In this document: positions 37,601-49,500 of the stretch, piece by piece
Layout of the letters: each line of letters opens with the position of its first letter
How positions within the stretch are numbered: the first letter of the stretch is position 1
Origin: a virus
Lineage: Duplodnaviria > Caudoviricetes
Direction: 5' to 3' (one strand)
IMG/VR virus record: IMGVR_UViG_3300012018_000002
Coordinates: 48,766-112,765 of that record
DNA length: 64,000 nt
The notes under the pieces: generated by a model
The model's database searches: none
What the model saw: only the letters and a program-made list of their open reading frames with translations
What the model was told of the DNA's origin: nothing
Position numbers and translations under genes: made by a program

Positions 37601-38897
37601 ATTATCAATTCCACCTAATGAGTTAATCACTATAGAAAAAGGATATGCTGGACTATCTTCTAAATCATCATTTATAGATACTCCTTATGGTTCTTTGTTT
37701 GTAAGTCATGAAGATAGAAAAGTATTTTTATTATCTGACTCATTAGAACCTATTAGTAATTTAGGTTTAGCTACATGGAGTTTTGATAATATGAAATTTA
37801 AATTCATAGATTCTTTTAATGATTTAATGAGACAAGCTAATTTACCTATTGCATTTGATAGGTTTAGAAATAACTGTTCTCCTTATGGTATAGGCTTCCA
37901 CTCAACTTATGACCCAAGGTATGATAGAGTAATTATTACAAAGAGAGATTATAAAATAAAATTTGGTATAGGTATAGGAAGTGGATTGTTTTCTGGAATA
38001 TATAACTCTTTAATTGTGTATCCAGAAGGTTCTATTGTTTGGAATACTACTGACCAGGTATTTGAAGTAGTAACAGGAGTTGGTCTAGGAAATCAAATTA
38101 GAACACCTATTAATTACTATGATACAGATTACTTTGAAAATCATAGCTTTACACTTTCTTATTCATTTCTTTCTAAGTCATGGGTAAGTTTCCACTCTTA
38201 TATTCCTTTGTTTTATATGTATGATAAAGAACAATTTTATTCTTTAAACTATACACAATCAAAAGTGGTAAATGGTTCAACTATAAACTATACTCCTTCT
38301 GCATCTAGTTTTGATTTATACAAACATGCAGCAACTTCTAGTTTTCAAAGATATTACGGTTTTAGAAAAAATCATATAATAGATTTAGTTATGACAACTA
38401 ATTCTCCATCTAACTTTTCAAACATATTCTTAGACACCAGAGCAAGTATATTAGATACTACATACAATGAATGGTATGATGTAGAAGATATAACTTATAG
38501 TAACTTTATTGCTTATAATACAAGACAATGCACAGGTCAACATAATATAGTAATCTTAGATGATTACAATGAAGCTACAAACTGGTCATCTAATATATCT
38601 TATGCTAGAAGATTAAATACTGTTTGGAGAATTAATAATTTAAGAGATTTGGTTTCTAGTAGAACTATGTCTTATTTTACATCACAATACAGTGATATAT
38701 CTTCAAACTATTTTATTGATAAAGTATTAAATGAAAATGCTATTAATTATGATACTTCACAATATGAGTTAAAAAGAATGAATGATACTTGGTTAGGAAT
38801 TAGATTAACTTTTAATGCTATTCCTCAACAATTAGATTCAAACAAAATTAAACTAACAACTAACATTATCGAAACTTTAAATTATCAATCAAGATGA
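34614..38897 (+). CDS. Muzzle / tail stabilisation protein (P22 gp10-like)
   Basis: GINTD...YRFALNA, SYMRDEAYAFGI, IYGGDIFI, FTLSYS...WVSFHSYIP; 1427 aa. Confidence 0.88.
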   Translation: MDNLRGINTDLSHKNQPPGTYRFALNAINNSKEGDMKSISNEQGNEFDVSFTTNFLPIGSCFINPDYTIVLSAGIEGLEDYVRIDKRVNGLLQNIMYIKDSGWTTSKQVKIKHKVLNGCDDIIIITDGQNPIRYINISQLQNYLLDGETTTSANLDGEGWDLGLMNISPDFQSPTLSSIDVSDSSGNLEIGSYIIVPQYLTSSLDPSSWLSHIGVIPIYDEPFYGEYTNIDGGTTTLVETTNKAIRLQFTNLDTSFSYLRLALISNIDGAISSNIIATIPITSTGVNYIITGNEVKTAIALEEIVIDNNIYDSAEDIELYDDRLWLLNVKERQIDHAILQQAAFNVKAHWFTTNINAEISGGLDTKSATYYLNYRSYMRDEAYAFGIQYRFKNGWLSRVYALASREKDTGFYTSLPTNTEPNPWHNRLAPTTGWDSTLYRVGVDIPLVDVEHLGFTTGSEDIGDGPGYVQRWKVFNTATVDSSVGSGLYFSSGEFAYTESTDRYPSNSVYGSNSGQPIRDFKFPDAILNQIGYGEAGTNAGASFETDYIAKNYRIFPIGIAFTDINIPAEYADEIVGYEIVRIERNEFNSTVLDKGILTKVVETQFSGTVDEDYIQQLFGTTFTNVVEPDYTKFINDKYQVLHNPLSKFTNSISGSYIKVEGEHHGRSELYPGTGNLGRVMIVPGDDLGGINTFSETLYNRKIVAKDFIASDSLSTSSLSINVDNTEQQEGLFIELNNTLPFNKLPIATDNFFLYAAIKQLISNQYGTVEGRVYIPTDSILHTETSCEIYGGDIFISPLTYRRCERMDRKYNPLNHEEEDSGGSAFTLHSRYLYKHYVESTINCNLRHEGTDDTEIYYPKSAYEDIQSFLNIEGDWSTDLIPNYYAYNSAFSQENNIKTYFGLPFNFDYDNNCIGEFNTRIACSQKDNIESSADSNKIFLPNNYRDLPKNKGVGLSLFTRADKLYAHFERTLYLIPVKDQAVKVGDINAYFGTGEVLSIPPNELITIEKGYAGLSSKSSFIDTPYGSLFVSHEDRKVFLLSDSLEPISNLGLATWSFDNMKFKFIDSFNDLMRQANLPIAFDRFRNNCSPYGIGFHSTYDPRYDRVIITKRDYKIKFGIGIGSGLFSGIYNSLIVYPEGSIVWNTTDQVFEVVTGVGLGNQIRTPINYYDTDYFENHSFTLSYSFLSKSWVSFHSYIPLFYMYDKEQFYSLNYTQSKVVNGSTINYTPSASSFDLYKHAATSSFQRYYGFRKNHIIDLVMTTNSPSNFSNIFLDTRASILDTTYNEWYDVEDITYSNFIAYNTRQCTGQHNIVILDDYNEATNWSSNISYARRLNTVWRINNLRDLVSSRTMSYFTSQYSDISSNYFIDKVLNENAINYDTSQYELKRMNDTWLGIRLTFNAIPQQLDSNKIKLTTNIIETLNYQSR

Positions 38898-40963
38898 AAA
38901 GAAAAATAAAATATCCAGAAGGAGGTAAAGTAATTAGTTCTGGAACTGCTCTTCCTAATTCTATTAATCAAACACAAGGAAATCTAGGAACTGTTTTACA
39001 AGACCCATATGCTTTTTCTAAGGCAATGGGAGTAACTACCTTAACTCCTGAACAATGGAAGAAATTAGATGCTGGACAACAACAAGCTATTTGGAGACAA
39101 GGATTTGATGTTGCAGGATTTACCCAAACAGGAGAAAACTCTTTTAATGCAAATGGACAAACTAATAATTTTGCAATGGGGGGTCCTACAGGAGATGAGA
39201 AACCAAAACCTAATTATAATTTTAGTGAAGCAATTCCTAGATACAAGCTTGATAAAACAGACAGTATGTATTATGAAGCAGGATTTAATAATATGATAAA
39301 GCTTGACCCAGCTATTGTTAATCAATATGGCAAGATGCAAAAATATGGGATTCCTGTTAATGATTCATATCCTATGAATAAAACAATACTTAATTCTTAT
39401 GAAGATGCATTAAATCAAATGCCTCTTGGTAAAAAGTTAGGTGTTAAAGCAGGGGCAAAGGCAAAAGCTTTTGCAATGGGAGGTAATCCTCAATTTGATG
39501 CAGTTACTGGTGCACTATCTCCTTTAATAGGTTTAATACCCGGTGGTCAATTTATAAACGCAGGATTAGATTTAGTTGGTAATTTCTTACCAGCTAAGAA
39601 AGAAGAAAAAGTTCCTAGTTCAGGAGTATATGCATTAGGAGGTAGAGCTAAATATTTTAATAACAAAAAACCTGTATATGAAGTAGAAGGTGATGAAGTT
39701 GTTTTAGGTGGTGATGTATCATTAGAAGGTTCTTCAGATTCTTCTAAATATGGTAAGATAGCTAAAGGTCCTACTCATGATAAAGGTGGTGTTGATGCAA
39801 CTGGTGGTAAATATGTATTGTCAAATAGAATAGGTATTGATGGAAGTATTAAGAAAGAAAATGAAAACTCAATAGCTAGTCATGCTATACCTATTATGAA
39901 AGCATTAGCTAGTATTGCTAAACGTCCTAGCAGCAGGGTTGATAGAGAAGGAGAGAATATTTTAACCAACAAACTGAATACACTAAAGGACTTTAATGAA
40001 AAAATGTTATCTTTACAGGATAACAATAAAAAGAAATTTTATTATGGTGGAGATACTCCTGACTGGGAACTACCTGATAATTATGGACAAGGTAGTGCTT
40101 TAAATTTACAAACAGGAACACCAGGTATTACCGAAAGAATTCCTGAAACAACAATGGGTATAAATACTAATTATAATACACCTTATCCAAATATAAGTCA
40201 ATCATCATTAAAAACTAAAGATGGTGGTGCTGCAAGAATTGCTAAACCTTCAGTAGGAGTTAATTTAGTTCCTGAAAGTTATTTTGCTAATGCACCTAAA
40301 GAAATGGCAGGTGAAACTACACAAAGTAAAATAGGTGGTGTTAATGCATTAACAGGAGTAGGTATGGGATTATCTGCTTTAGGTAGTCTTGGTCAATTAG
40401 GTATTACAATGGCTGAACATAGAAGAAATGAAAGAGAAAACCCTGAACAGAATTTCTTTAGTGAAATAAGCCAAAGAGCAGAATCAACTTATAATGATTC
40501 TCTTGAAGGTTTAAATGCACAAAAGATAAAAACTAAAAGAGATATTAATGATGCTTATGGTTCTATCTTTTCTAATAGTCAAGCTAACTCAGTGAATGTA
40601 GATAGAGCTATGAAAAATATGGCTCAAGTTCAAAAGGTAAAAGGAATTGCAGATTCTAATCTTAATTATGATAGTGCTATTGCAGATAGAAAAGTAGGAT
40701 TAGCTGGATTACAAATGCAAGGAGATACTTTACAAGCACAAGGAGCTGAAAGAAATTTAATTAATAGACAACAAAACTTAGCCAACTACTTTACTAACCT
40801 TGGCTCTAATGTATCTGATGCTACAGGTCAAGCTTTAAATGCAATTAAGATTGCACAAAATGCTAGAACTCAAACACAAGCACTTAGTATGTTATCACAA
40901 GCATATCCTAATTTTACTTTAGAACAGTTAAATGGAATGTTACAAATAGTATTCAAACAATGA
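38894..40963 (+). CDS. Ejected cargo protein 1 with repeated (F/Y)xxGG motifs
   Basis: EVEGDEV...GPTHDKGGV motif; position after the muzzle gene. Confidence 0.7.
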   Translation: MKRKIKYPEGGKVISSGTALPNSINQTQGNLGTVLQDPYAFSKAMGVTTLTPEQWKKLDAGQQQAIWRQGFDVAGFTQTGENSFNANGQTNNFAMGGPTGDEKPKPNYNFSEAIPRYKLDKTDSMYYEAGFNNMIKLDPAIVNQYGKMQKYGIPVNDSYPMNKTILNSYEDALNQMPLGKKLGVKAGAKAKAFAMGGNPQFDAVTGALSPLIGLIPGGQFINAGLDLVGNFLPAKKEEKVPSSGVYALGGRAKYFNNKKPVYEVEGDEVVLGGDVSLEGSSDSSKYGKIAKGPTHDKGGVDATGGKYVLSNRIGIDGSIKKENENSIASHAIPIMKALASIAKRPSSRVDREGENILTNKLNTLKDFNEKMLSLQDNNKKKFYYGGDTPDWELPDNYGQGSALNLQTGTPGITERIPETTMGINTNYNTPYPNISQSSLKTKDGGAARIAKPSVGVNLVPESYFANAPKEMAGETTQSKIGGVNALTGVGMGLSALGSLGQLGITMAEHRRNERENPEQNFFSEISQRAESTYNDSLEGLNAQKIKTKRDINDAYGSIFSNSQANSVNVDRAMKNMAQVQKVKGIADSNLNYDSAIADRKVGLAGLQMQGDTLQAQGAERNLINRQQNLANYFTNLGSNVSDATGQALNAIKIAQNARTQTQALSMLSQAYPNFTLEQLNGMLQIVFKQ

Positions 40964-41079
40964 ACACAGGGATATACACAATAACTAATATAGTTAATAA
41001 TAAAATATATGTAGGGAGTTCTGCGTATAATCTAAAATTAAGAAAAATTTCAGAAACTAAAAGGAGGAAATTACAATGA
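40960..41079 (+). pseudogene. Internally deleted GIY-YIG endonuclease remnant (39 aa)
   Basis: MNTGIYTITNIVNNKIYVGSSAYNLKLRKISETKRRKLQ*; ATGA overlaps at both ends. Confidence 0.8.
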
Positions 41080-43550
41080 GTCGTTTTTTTAGAACATCTT
41101 CTACTCCTATTACGGATTATGGAGAGCAATATCCTATAGAGGCTATAGCTATGGGTTTAGCTGGAAGACAGCAATCTTACAATATTAACAAAGCAGAATG
41201 GGAAGCAAAACTTCAAGCTATTGAAGATACTCCATATTTGAAATTAGGTTTAGGTGATGAACAGGCTCATGAAGAGCTGATGAATAAGTATCAAAAGTTA
41301 ATAGATGAATCTTCTAGTAATCCTGACTTTAGTCAAATGGGTTCTCAACTTGAATTTATTAAAAGAGAAATTAAAAAAGACTTTGGTATTAATGGACCAG
41401 CTTCTGCATTAACAGGAAGATATAATGAATATGCTAAATGGTCAGATGAATATAAAAAAGGTATACAAGAGGGTAAATACTATGAAGGAGATGAAAGAAG
41501 ATTCATTGAAGGATTTAATCAATTCAAAGGTGAAAAAGGAATGAATTCTCTTGGTGTAGATAGTTTAGTTGCAAGACCAGACATAGATACTAAAGTTACA
41601 AACTATATTGATAAAATATTAAAAGATGAAAAGAATGTAAGAATAGAGAAGTCTGAAGATGGTAGATATATTATTAAAACTACAGAAGGTGGTATTAGAG
41701 AACAAAGACTTAACAATGGTTTAAATAATTATATTAATACTATACCTGGTTATAAAGAATGGATGTCTTGGGATAATAAATCTAAGTTTCAATCTCTTCA
41801 AACTCCTGATGGTGGTGTTAATGTAGATTCTCCTTATTATCAAAAAGCTGAAGAATATTTAGCTAGTAGGTTATTAAATTTAAAATCTGACAATGAAAAG
41901 ATTGATGAGTTATTAAAAGGTAAAAAATTATCTGCAGAAGAAAGAGAAAATTACATGCTAAATAAAGAGGCTAATATTGCTGAGATAAATGATATTGCAG
42001 GATATGATGAGAAGACAAAACAAAACATTGCTGCTAACTTAATTAATCAATCTTATACTAATGAAAAGATTGCTCCTTATATGGCAAGAGCTAACTGGAG
42101 TATATTAGACAAAGATATAAAAGCAGATGATTATGTTCTTGCAGATTATAAACACTCATTAGCTTTAAAAGAAATTGATTATCAAAACAGACAAGCACTA
42201 ACTAATATTATTGCTTTACCTGGACAAATTGTTCCTTTTGATGAAAAGTCAACAAAAGAAAACTTTGCTAAACTACAAGAGAATTATAAAACTGTATCTG
42301 GTGATTATAACAAAGCTACCCTTGATATATTTAAACAACTTACTTTTGTTGATAAAAACTTACAGTCTTTATACTCTGATTATCAAAATGCCACTGGTGC
42401 TGATAAAATAAAATTAGAAAGAGAAATATCTAATAAAGTTAAGAACTGGTATAATGATATGAACAATGGTAAAGATGTAGGTTCTTATAAAACTGTTCTT
42501 CAAAATAATAGATTGAACTATGATTATATAAATGATGCAGCTAATAAATCTATTGAGTCATTAGACAAAGCAGAAAATGCATCTAGGTTTCAAGCTCAGT
42601 TTGTTATGACTCCTGAATTAGAAACTTCTATCAATGATTTAAAAACATGGTTTAAAACTAACAATGCAGTATTACCACCAGAGATACAAAAAGCTGTAAA
42701 TAGCAATGATGTTTCTGACTTTATGGTATTGCTTGAAAGAGGAAAGATTAGTCCTGAAGCAGTTAGAAAATTTTCTAAACTTAGTATTGGACATAGTAAG
42801 TATGATGCAGAAGACTTTTCTAAATTGTTAAACAACATAGATAATTCTTATAAAAATGCATTAAAAAATGTAGCATCACTTCAAAGTCAAAATACTTGGG
42901 ATATTACTTTCCCTGAAGAAGTTAGCACTAAAGTTCAAAGTATCAATGAAGATTTAAGTTATGCTGTAGCTGATGGTTATGGTAGTTTATCTTCATTCAA
43001 TGGTAACACAGTAGGTGCTAATGAAAAAGATAATATTGGTGATGCTAAAATAAAATCAAGAAAAGCTAATCTTTCTTCTATGGTTCATAATGGTAAGCTT
43101 TATTTTAAAGTTACTACTGAATATGAAAAAGAAGGTAAGACACAATATTTCACAGATTATGCAGAAGTTCCTGATACAGAGTTAAGTAATATGCAACAAG
43201 AACTTTTATCTGTTGCTACTATACCTGGTCCAAAAGGAGCTGTAGGAAGAATAGCAATTGGTAGAATGGATGTAGGAGATACTTTTGTTGAAGGTGATTT
43301 CTTACAGTCTATAAAAAATGGTCAAACTATATTTATAGGAAATAACAATGAATATAAGATAGTTCCTGTATCTACTATTGATGGACAAAAGATTTTAAAC
43401 TTATATTATTCTAAGGACCAAAGCACAGAAAAAGAAAATAGAGAATATTATCCAGTGGATAATTATCACAATACAAATCCAACTGATAGGTCAATCCCTG
43501 ATATAAATACAGTGTTTGAGATTATTGGAAATTCATATATACAAAAATAA
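41076..43550 (+). CDS. Ejected cargo protein 2
   Basis: Large helical protein between cargo 1 and the vRNAP. Confidence 0.7.
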   Translation: MSRFFRTSSTPITDYGEQYPIEAIAMGLAGRQQSYNINKAEWEAKLQAIEDTPYLKLGLGDEQAHEELMNKYQKLIDESSSNPDFSQMGSQLEFIKREIKKDFGINGPASALTGRYNEYAKWSDEYKKGIQEGKYYEGDERRFIEGFNQFKGEKGMNSLGVDSLVARPDIDTKVTNYIDKILKDEKNVRIEKSEDGRYIIKTTEGGIREQRLNNGLNNYINTIPGYKEWMSWDNKSKFQSLQTPDGGVNVDSPYYQKAEEYLASRLLNLKSDNEKIDELLKGKKLSAEERENYMLNKEANIAEINDIAGYDEKTKQNIAANLINQSYTNEKIAPYMARANWSILDKDIKADDYVLADYKHSLALKEIDYQNRQALTNIIALPGQIVPFDEKSTKENFAKLQENYKTVSGDYNKATLDIFKQLTFVDKNLQSLYSDYQNATGADKIKLEREISNKVKNWYNDMNNGKDVGSYKTVLQNNRLNYDYINDAANKSIESLDKAENASRFQAQFVMTPELETSINDLKTWFKTNNAVLPPEIQKAVNSNDVSDFMVLLERGKISPEAVRKFSKLSIGHSKYDAEDFSKLLNNIDNSYKNALKNVASLQSQNTWDITFPEEVSTKVQSINEDLSYAVADGYGSLSSFNGNTVGANEKDNIGDAKIKSRKANLSSMVHNGKLYFKVTTEYEKEGKTQYFTDYAEVPDTELSNMQQELLSVATIPGPKGAVGRIAIGRMDVGDTFVEGDFLQSIKNGQTIFIGNNNEYKIVPVSTIDGQKILNLYYSKDQSTEKENREYYPVDNYHNTNPTDRSIPDINTVFEIIGNSYIQK

Positions 43551-46500
43551 TGGCTTCATTAAACGAATTAAGAAAAGATACTATTACTCCTGCTGTAACT
43601 AGAGGAAGTAGTGGTTTAAATGTATTCTCTACATTAGACCCTGCTGATTACTCAGGACAGTTAGGAGATACTTTATATGGTAATAAAACCTCTTTAGATA
43701 TTCAAAGAGCTAATGCTCAGAGTAATTGGGAGAGTGCAGGTAACTTCTTAGCTAGAGGTGTAGGTAAAGCTTTGCTTTCTGTTCCTGAGACAGCAGGTTA
43801 TATCCTTGATATACCTGGTTGGGTAGGAGCTAATAAAGATTATGATAATGTTTTATCTACTTGGGCTAGAGAAGGTAAAGAATTCTTAGATGAAGAATTA
43901 CCAGAATATTCAAGAGATACCATTGGACATGATTCATTTAATCCAGCTTCTTTTGGTTGGTGGATGAGAAATGGAGATTCAGTTATTGAATCTTTAGGAT
44001 ATTTTGTTCCTGGTATGGCTTTAGGTAAAGGTGTTACTGCAGCTTTGAAGTTAGGTAAAGAAGCCAGTGTTGCTGCTAACATTGCTAGAGGTATGAATAG
44101 ATTTAGTAAGCTATCTACTACAGCAGAAAGAATTGCTGAAGCAGGTGGAACACTTACTGCAGCTATTGCATCTAATCATGCAGAGGGTATGCAGATTGCT
44201 GCTCAGACTTATAAAGATGTATATACTAGTGTAGTAAATAATGTAGGTGATGCCAAGGCTAAAGAATTAGCTAGTGAAGCTGCAGGTAAAGTAGTAAGAG
44301 GTAATCTTGTTATGGCTGTTCCTGAGTTCTTTGAAATGAGATTAATGTTTAAAAACTTTGACTCATTAAGAAGAGGTGCTAACTTTAGTAAAAACTGGAT
44401 AGGTAGAAATGCTCCTGAATTATTAAAACAAGCAGGTCTTGAAGGTGGTGAAGAATGGTATCAAGGTTTTATTGAAAGAGAATCTAAGAGAACCGCAAAC
44501 ATTGAAGCAGGTGTTATTGAAGATGATAAGTCTAATGTATATTCAAGAATTATAGATTACATTACTTCTGATGAAGGTATGACAGAAGGTTTTTTAGGTG
44601 CTATTGGTGGTCTTGGATTTGGGGCTATTGGTGGTGCTATGAATATGAATAAGAGTGCAAGAGATAGAAAAAGAGGTATTGATATTATTAGTCAAAACCA
44701 AAGTGCATTAAAAAAAATAATGCAATCTCAAGGACAGCTTATTGATATGATGGGTAAAGAAGTAGATAAAAATAATCCTACTGCTGTTGAAAATGCAATT
44801 AAAGGTATCTTTTTAAATAGAGCTTGGTTAGCTGCAGAAGCTGGAACATTTTCTCAATTAGAAGAATATGTAGAGTCTATGCAAAATGCTAGTCAAGAGG
44901 AAATTGAAAAAAATGGTTGGGATAGAAAAACTATTGCAGAAAGAGTTCCTCAGTTTAAAAAGTTATTATCTCAAGTAGAAGATGTTTACAATAAAGTAAA
45001 TTCTTTAGGTGGTAGTATGTCAAATGAGTTTGTTGGTAAAATGGCAAACCATTTACTAAAACAAATGGCAGCACAAGAAGGATTAGCTCAAGTAGAAAAT
45101 GATTTACAATTAGCTTATGCTGATTTGTTAAAAACAATTCCTAATAAATCTACTGACTTCTTGTCTTTACATCCTTTACTTTTAGAAAGAGTTATACTAG
45201 AACAATTTGCTAAAGCTTATAAAGATGAAAAATGGAGAAAAGATAATAACTTAAATTATAGTCCTGATGTAGAAAAAACACTCATTGATAGATTACTTTC
45301 TTTAGAAGTTGATTTAGATGAAAAATCAAAGGGTGTTGATACTGGTAAAGTGTTAGATAATGAAGTTGCTAATACAACAATATCTAAAATTATTACTGAG
45401 AAAGTAAGAAATCTTATTCTATACGAACAAGAAAAATCTGATTATAATTTCTATTCTAATCCTAGAAACAGAGAAGAATGGGAATTAAAAAATGAACAAA
45501 CATCTACAGAAACTCAAGAAGTAGCTGAAGAAAAACCTGTTGATAAAAAAGAAACTAAAAAAGAAGTTCCTACTGAAACAGTTGATTCTATTATCAAACA
45601 AAGAGAACAAGAAATTGAAGATATAGAAACTTTAATCGAAGCTCAACAAGTTAAATTTGAAAATACTCCAGGTGCTGATATTGATGCTCATAATAAAAAG
45701 ATAACAGAGCTTAGAGATAAAATAGCAAAGGTTAGAAAAAATGCAGAGGACAGAATAAGTAAACTTAAAAAAGTTGAAGACGATGGTGATTTAAAAGGTA
45801 ATAAAACATCAATTAAAAACAAAAACCAAGAAGAAACTCAAGAGTTTTTAAACCTTGCTGAATTAGCCAAAGAAGATATACTTAATGTATTTGATAGCTT
45901 TGAAAGAAAAGAAGATGTAGGTGAAAGTAAACATAAGGGAAATGCTGTTACTATTAAAATTAAGAATTCTGTAATTGATGAAATTGTAATTTGGAAATCT
46001 TCTAAAGATATTGGGTTTAATCTGAAATCAGGAAAATCATCTGTGCAAATAACAGATGAGAAAAAACTATTACAGTTAATTGCTGAAAAGCTTACTGAAG
46101 ATAAAAGAAAAGCAGAAAGAAAACCTAAACCTGTAATTACTAATGAACCAGTAACTTCTATTACTGTAACTCCAGAGATATTACAAACTCTGGAAGAAGG
46201 TTCTGTATTGCAAGTAGAAACTGCTAATGATTCTATTATTACTTTAATTAAAACTAAAGAAGGCTTTAAACTTGAAAGAGTTTTATATCAAAATGGTATT
46301 AGTGTTCCTGAAGTTCCATCTAATCCTGAAATTAAACTAGATAAATATTTAATTGCAGCATCATCAATATCCCAAAAGGATTATGATATTCTTATTGCTA
46401 CTTTAAATGCAGGTGCTATTGCTGAACAATTTGTAGGAAAGATTACCAAAATTAAAAATGGTAAAGTTGAAAAAACTCAAGATGCTGAAGGTAATGTAGT

Positions 46501-49500
46501 TGAAGATGAAACACCTGATGGTAAAGAAGAAGATAGAGGTGAAGATGTTATTTTATCAGGTGACTTTGGAAGTGAATGGTTAGCACATACTAAAACTACA
46601 ATTAAAGAAGTTCAACCTATTGAATCTAAGGTTACAACTAATAGTAGTAATCCTCAATACAATCAAGGTGTTGCAACTACTAGTTTAACTGTTGACTACA
46701 ATAGTCAAATTGTATGGAATGATGAATCTAAAGGAAGAAATCCTGAAAACAATTATGACTTAGAATATTTATATAGTGGTGAAGCTAATAATGATACTAC
46801 ATTACAACTAGAAGTAGATACTACTTATGGTGGTGATAATGTATTTCCATATACTGAAGTTCCTGTTATCTTGGTTTCTAAAACAAGAAAAGAAACTTCT
46901 GACTCTCCTGTTGCTGGTAGATTAGGACATTTACCTACATTAGTATTTAAAAAATCTATTAATGAATATGATATTGCTAGAACTACATCAAGTTCTACAG
47001 CTTATGTATATTGGAGTTTAGAGGATTTATTGAAAGAGAAATCTTCTATATCTAAATTACCTGATAGTGATATAAATAAAATGACCTTATTAGAAGAGGT
47101 TAATAAAGCTATTGATGTCAGAAGAGGTCAAATCAAGTCTTATCTTGATATGAGAAAAGCTTTACTTGGTAGAGATGGTGACTTTACTTTAGAAGAAAGA
47201 AAAAACGCAACTCCTGTTAAAGTAATTAATCATGGTCAAACTTCTGGTATAGTTCAAAGTAAAAAAGAATTTGAACCTGCAGCTAATGTATTTGAAGGTA
47301 ATAATGCTTTTGGCTTTGGTCAATATACTCTTGCTATTTCTCATACTCCTACTGTATTAGGTTGGGGTGGTTTAACTGAGGATGGATTACCTGTTAATAA
47401 AATTAGTTCTTTAGGTGTATCGGCAGCAATCAGTGGTGATATAGGTTCTGTTTACCTGGTTTCTCAAGTAGATGCTAAAGGTGGTTATATTCCTTTAAAA
47501 CTTGTTAAAGCTACTTTAACTGATTTATCAGAAGATAATCAGAACAAGGTAGTTGATAAGATAATTTCGTTAATTCAAGAGTATAGAGATACTGCTACTT
47601 TATCTCCTAAAGAAGCTACAGCTAAAGCTAAAGACATTGAAGCTCAAATAGCTCAATTGTATATGATTACTAGAAGTGGTTCTGAAAGAGGACATGGTAA
47701 CATTGTTCTTGACAGTCGTTTATACTATGATGCTAAGAACCCTAAGAAGGGAGCTAATGGTTCTTATTTTGCTATTAGAACTACTGATGGTGGTAATATT
47801 ATAGAACATAGATTTTACTATCGTTCTAAGTATAAAGATGGTTATGCTAATATAAAAGCTGATAGACAAGGTAATGCTCAATTCACTTATCAGAAGTTTG
47901 TTAATGGTTCATTAAAGGATACTAGATATAATGTAGGTAAAAAAACAGTTGCTGGTGCATTAAAGATGATACCTTTCAATGTATCTACTAATCTTGTTAA
48001 TACTAAAGACTATGTTCCACTAGTTAAGTTTGATGATGAATTAACTGACTATAATACTTTTGCAATGAAATACTTGCTTAAAAGTAATAACAGATATATT
48101 AAAAAATCTGATGGAACTAACTTTCAGATTAATGGTAAATCTATGATGTTTGGTAATCCAAACTTTAGAATATCATTAGTTGCTAGAGATTCACATAAAG
48201 CTGCTCCACAAGTTTCTACAGATAAAAAAGCAGATATAGAAAAATTAGTTCTTGGAAAATTTGCAATTGAAACTAAAAAAGTTGTAAGTAGTAAAGGTCC
48301 TTCAAATGGTAGAACTATTGTTAGAAGTACAAAAAGAAAAGTAAGCTCCGACGGAGAAGTTTTAATAATAACTCCACATAATACTTTTGAAGACACTGGA
48401 GAAACTCTAGCTACTAGAGCAATAGACATTTCTTTTGTGGAATTTAAAGAACATTACTATCCTTTAATGGCAGAAGAACAAATAGAACTATTTGAAGCAG
48501 CACTAGGAGAAAATGTAACAAGTATTCAGTTAAAGGAAATAAGAATTGGATTAAAAGATAGTCATCTTAAAGGACAAATTAATATAGATGTTTTAGTCGT
48601 AGATGATTTAGGTGTACATGAAAATGGAGCAGTCTTAAATAGAAAATTAACTGATGCAGAATTAGCTGCTTTAGAAGGTAAGAAAGAAACTACTAAAGAA
48701 ACATTAATAACAGAATCTACTGTTACTGATGATGTTAATCCTATGTCAGAAGGTTTGACTCAAAGTGAACTTACTAGTATAGATAGATATTTATCACAAG
48801 AAAACCTTGGTAATGAAGAAGTATTGTTTAAAGGTATTATAGATAAGTCTCAATATCTTAAAGAACAATATGTAGCTTTTAAAAACAAACAAGAATATAA
48901 TAAAGCTTTAAGAGGTTTACTTACAAGATTAAAAAGAACTTCTGATTTAAGTTTAAAAAATATATCTCAACGTATAGTTGCTGACCCTAAAATACAAAAG
49001 GAAATAGATTATGAAATATTTAGAGGAGAAGATTTGTTAGATAATACTATTATTATTGATAGATTATTAGAGTTTGATTATGTTCCAACTGAACTAATTC
49101 CTTTAATTAAACTATTAAGGAATAAAGTAGGACAGACAAGAAAAATGGAAAGATTTGATGAAGATTATATTTATCAATTCTATGATGTTGCTACTAATAC
49201 TATATTTGTATCTTATGAGAACTTTGATGATAGAGAATCTTTTGCTAGAAGTTATGTTCATGAGTTACTACACCATTATACTTTTATGTCTTTACATGCA
49301 CCTGAGACAGAACAAGAGATTGAATTCTCAAATAATATAAGACAATTATATATAGAATCAGTAAATAAAACAAAATTCATTTCAGAACATTATGGTTTTT
49401 CTAATATATATGAATTTGTTTCAGAAGCTCGTACTAATAAAGCATTTCAAAAAGAATTAAATAAAAAAGGATTATGGGAAAGTGTTATAGATTTTATTGT

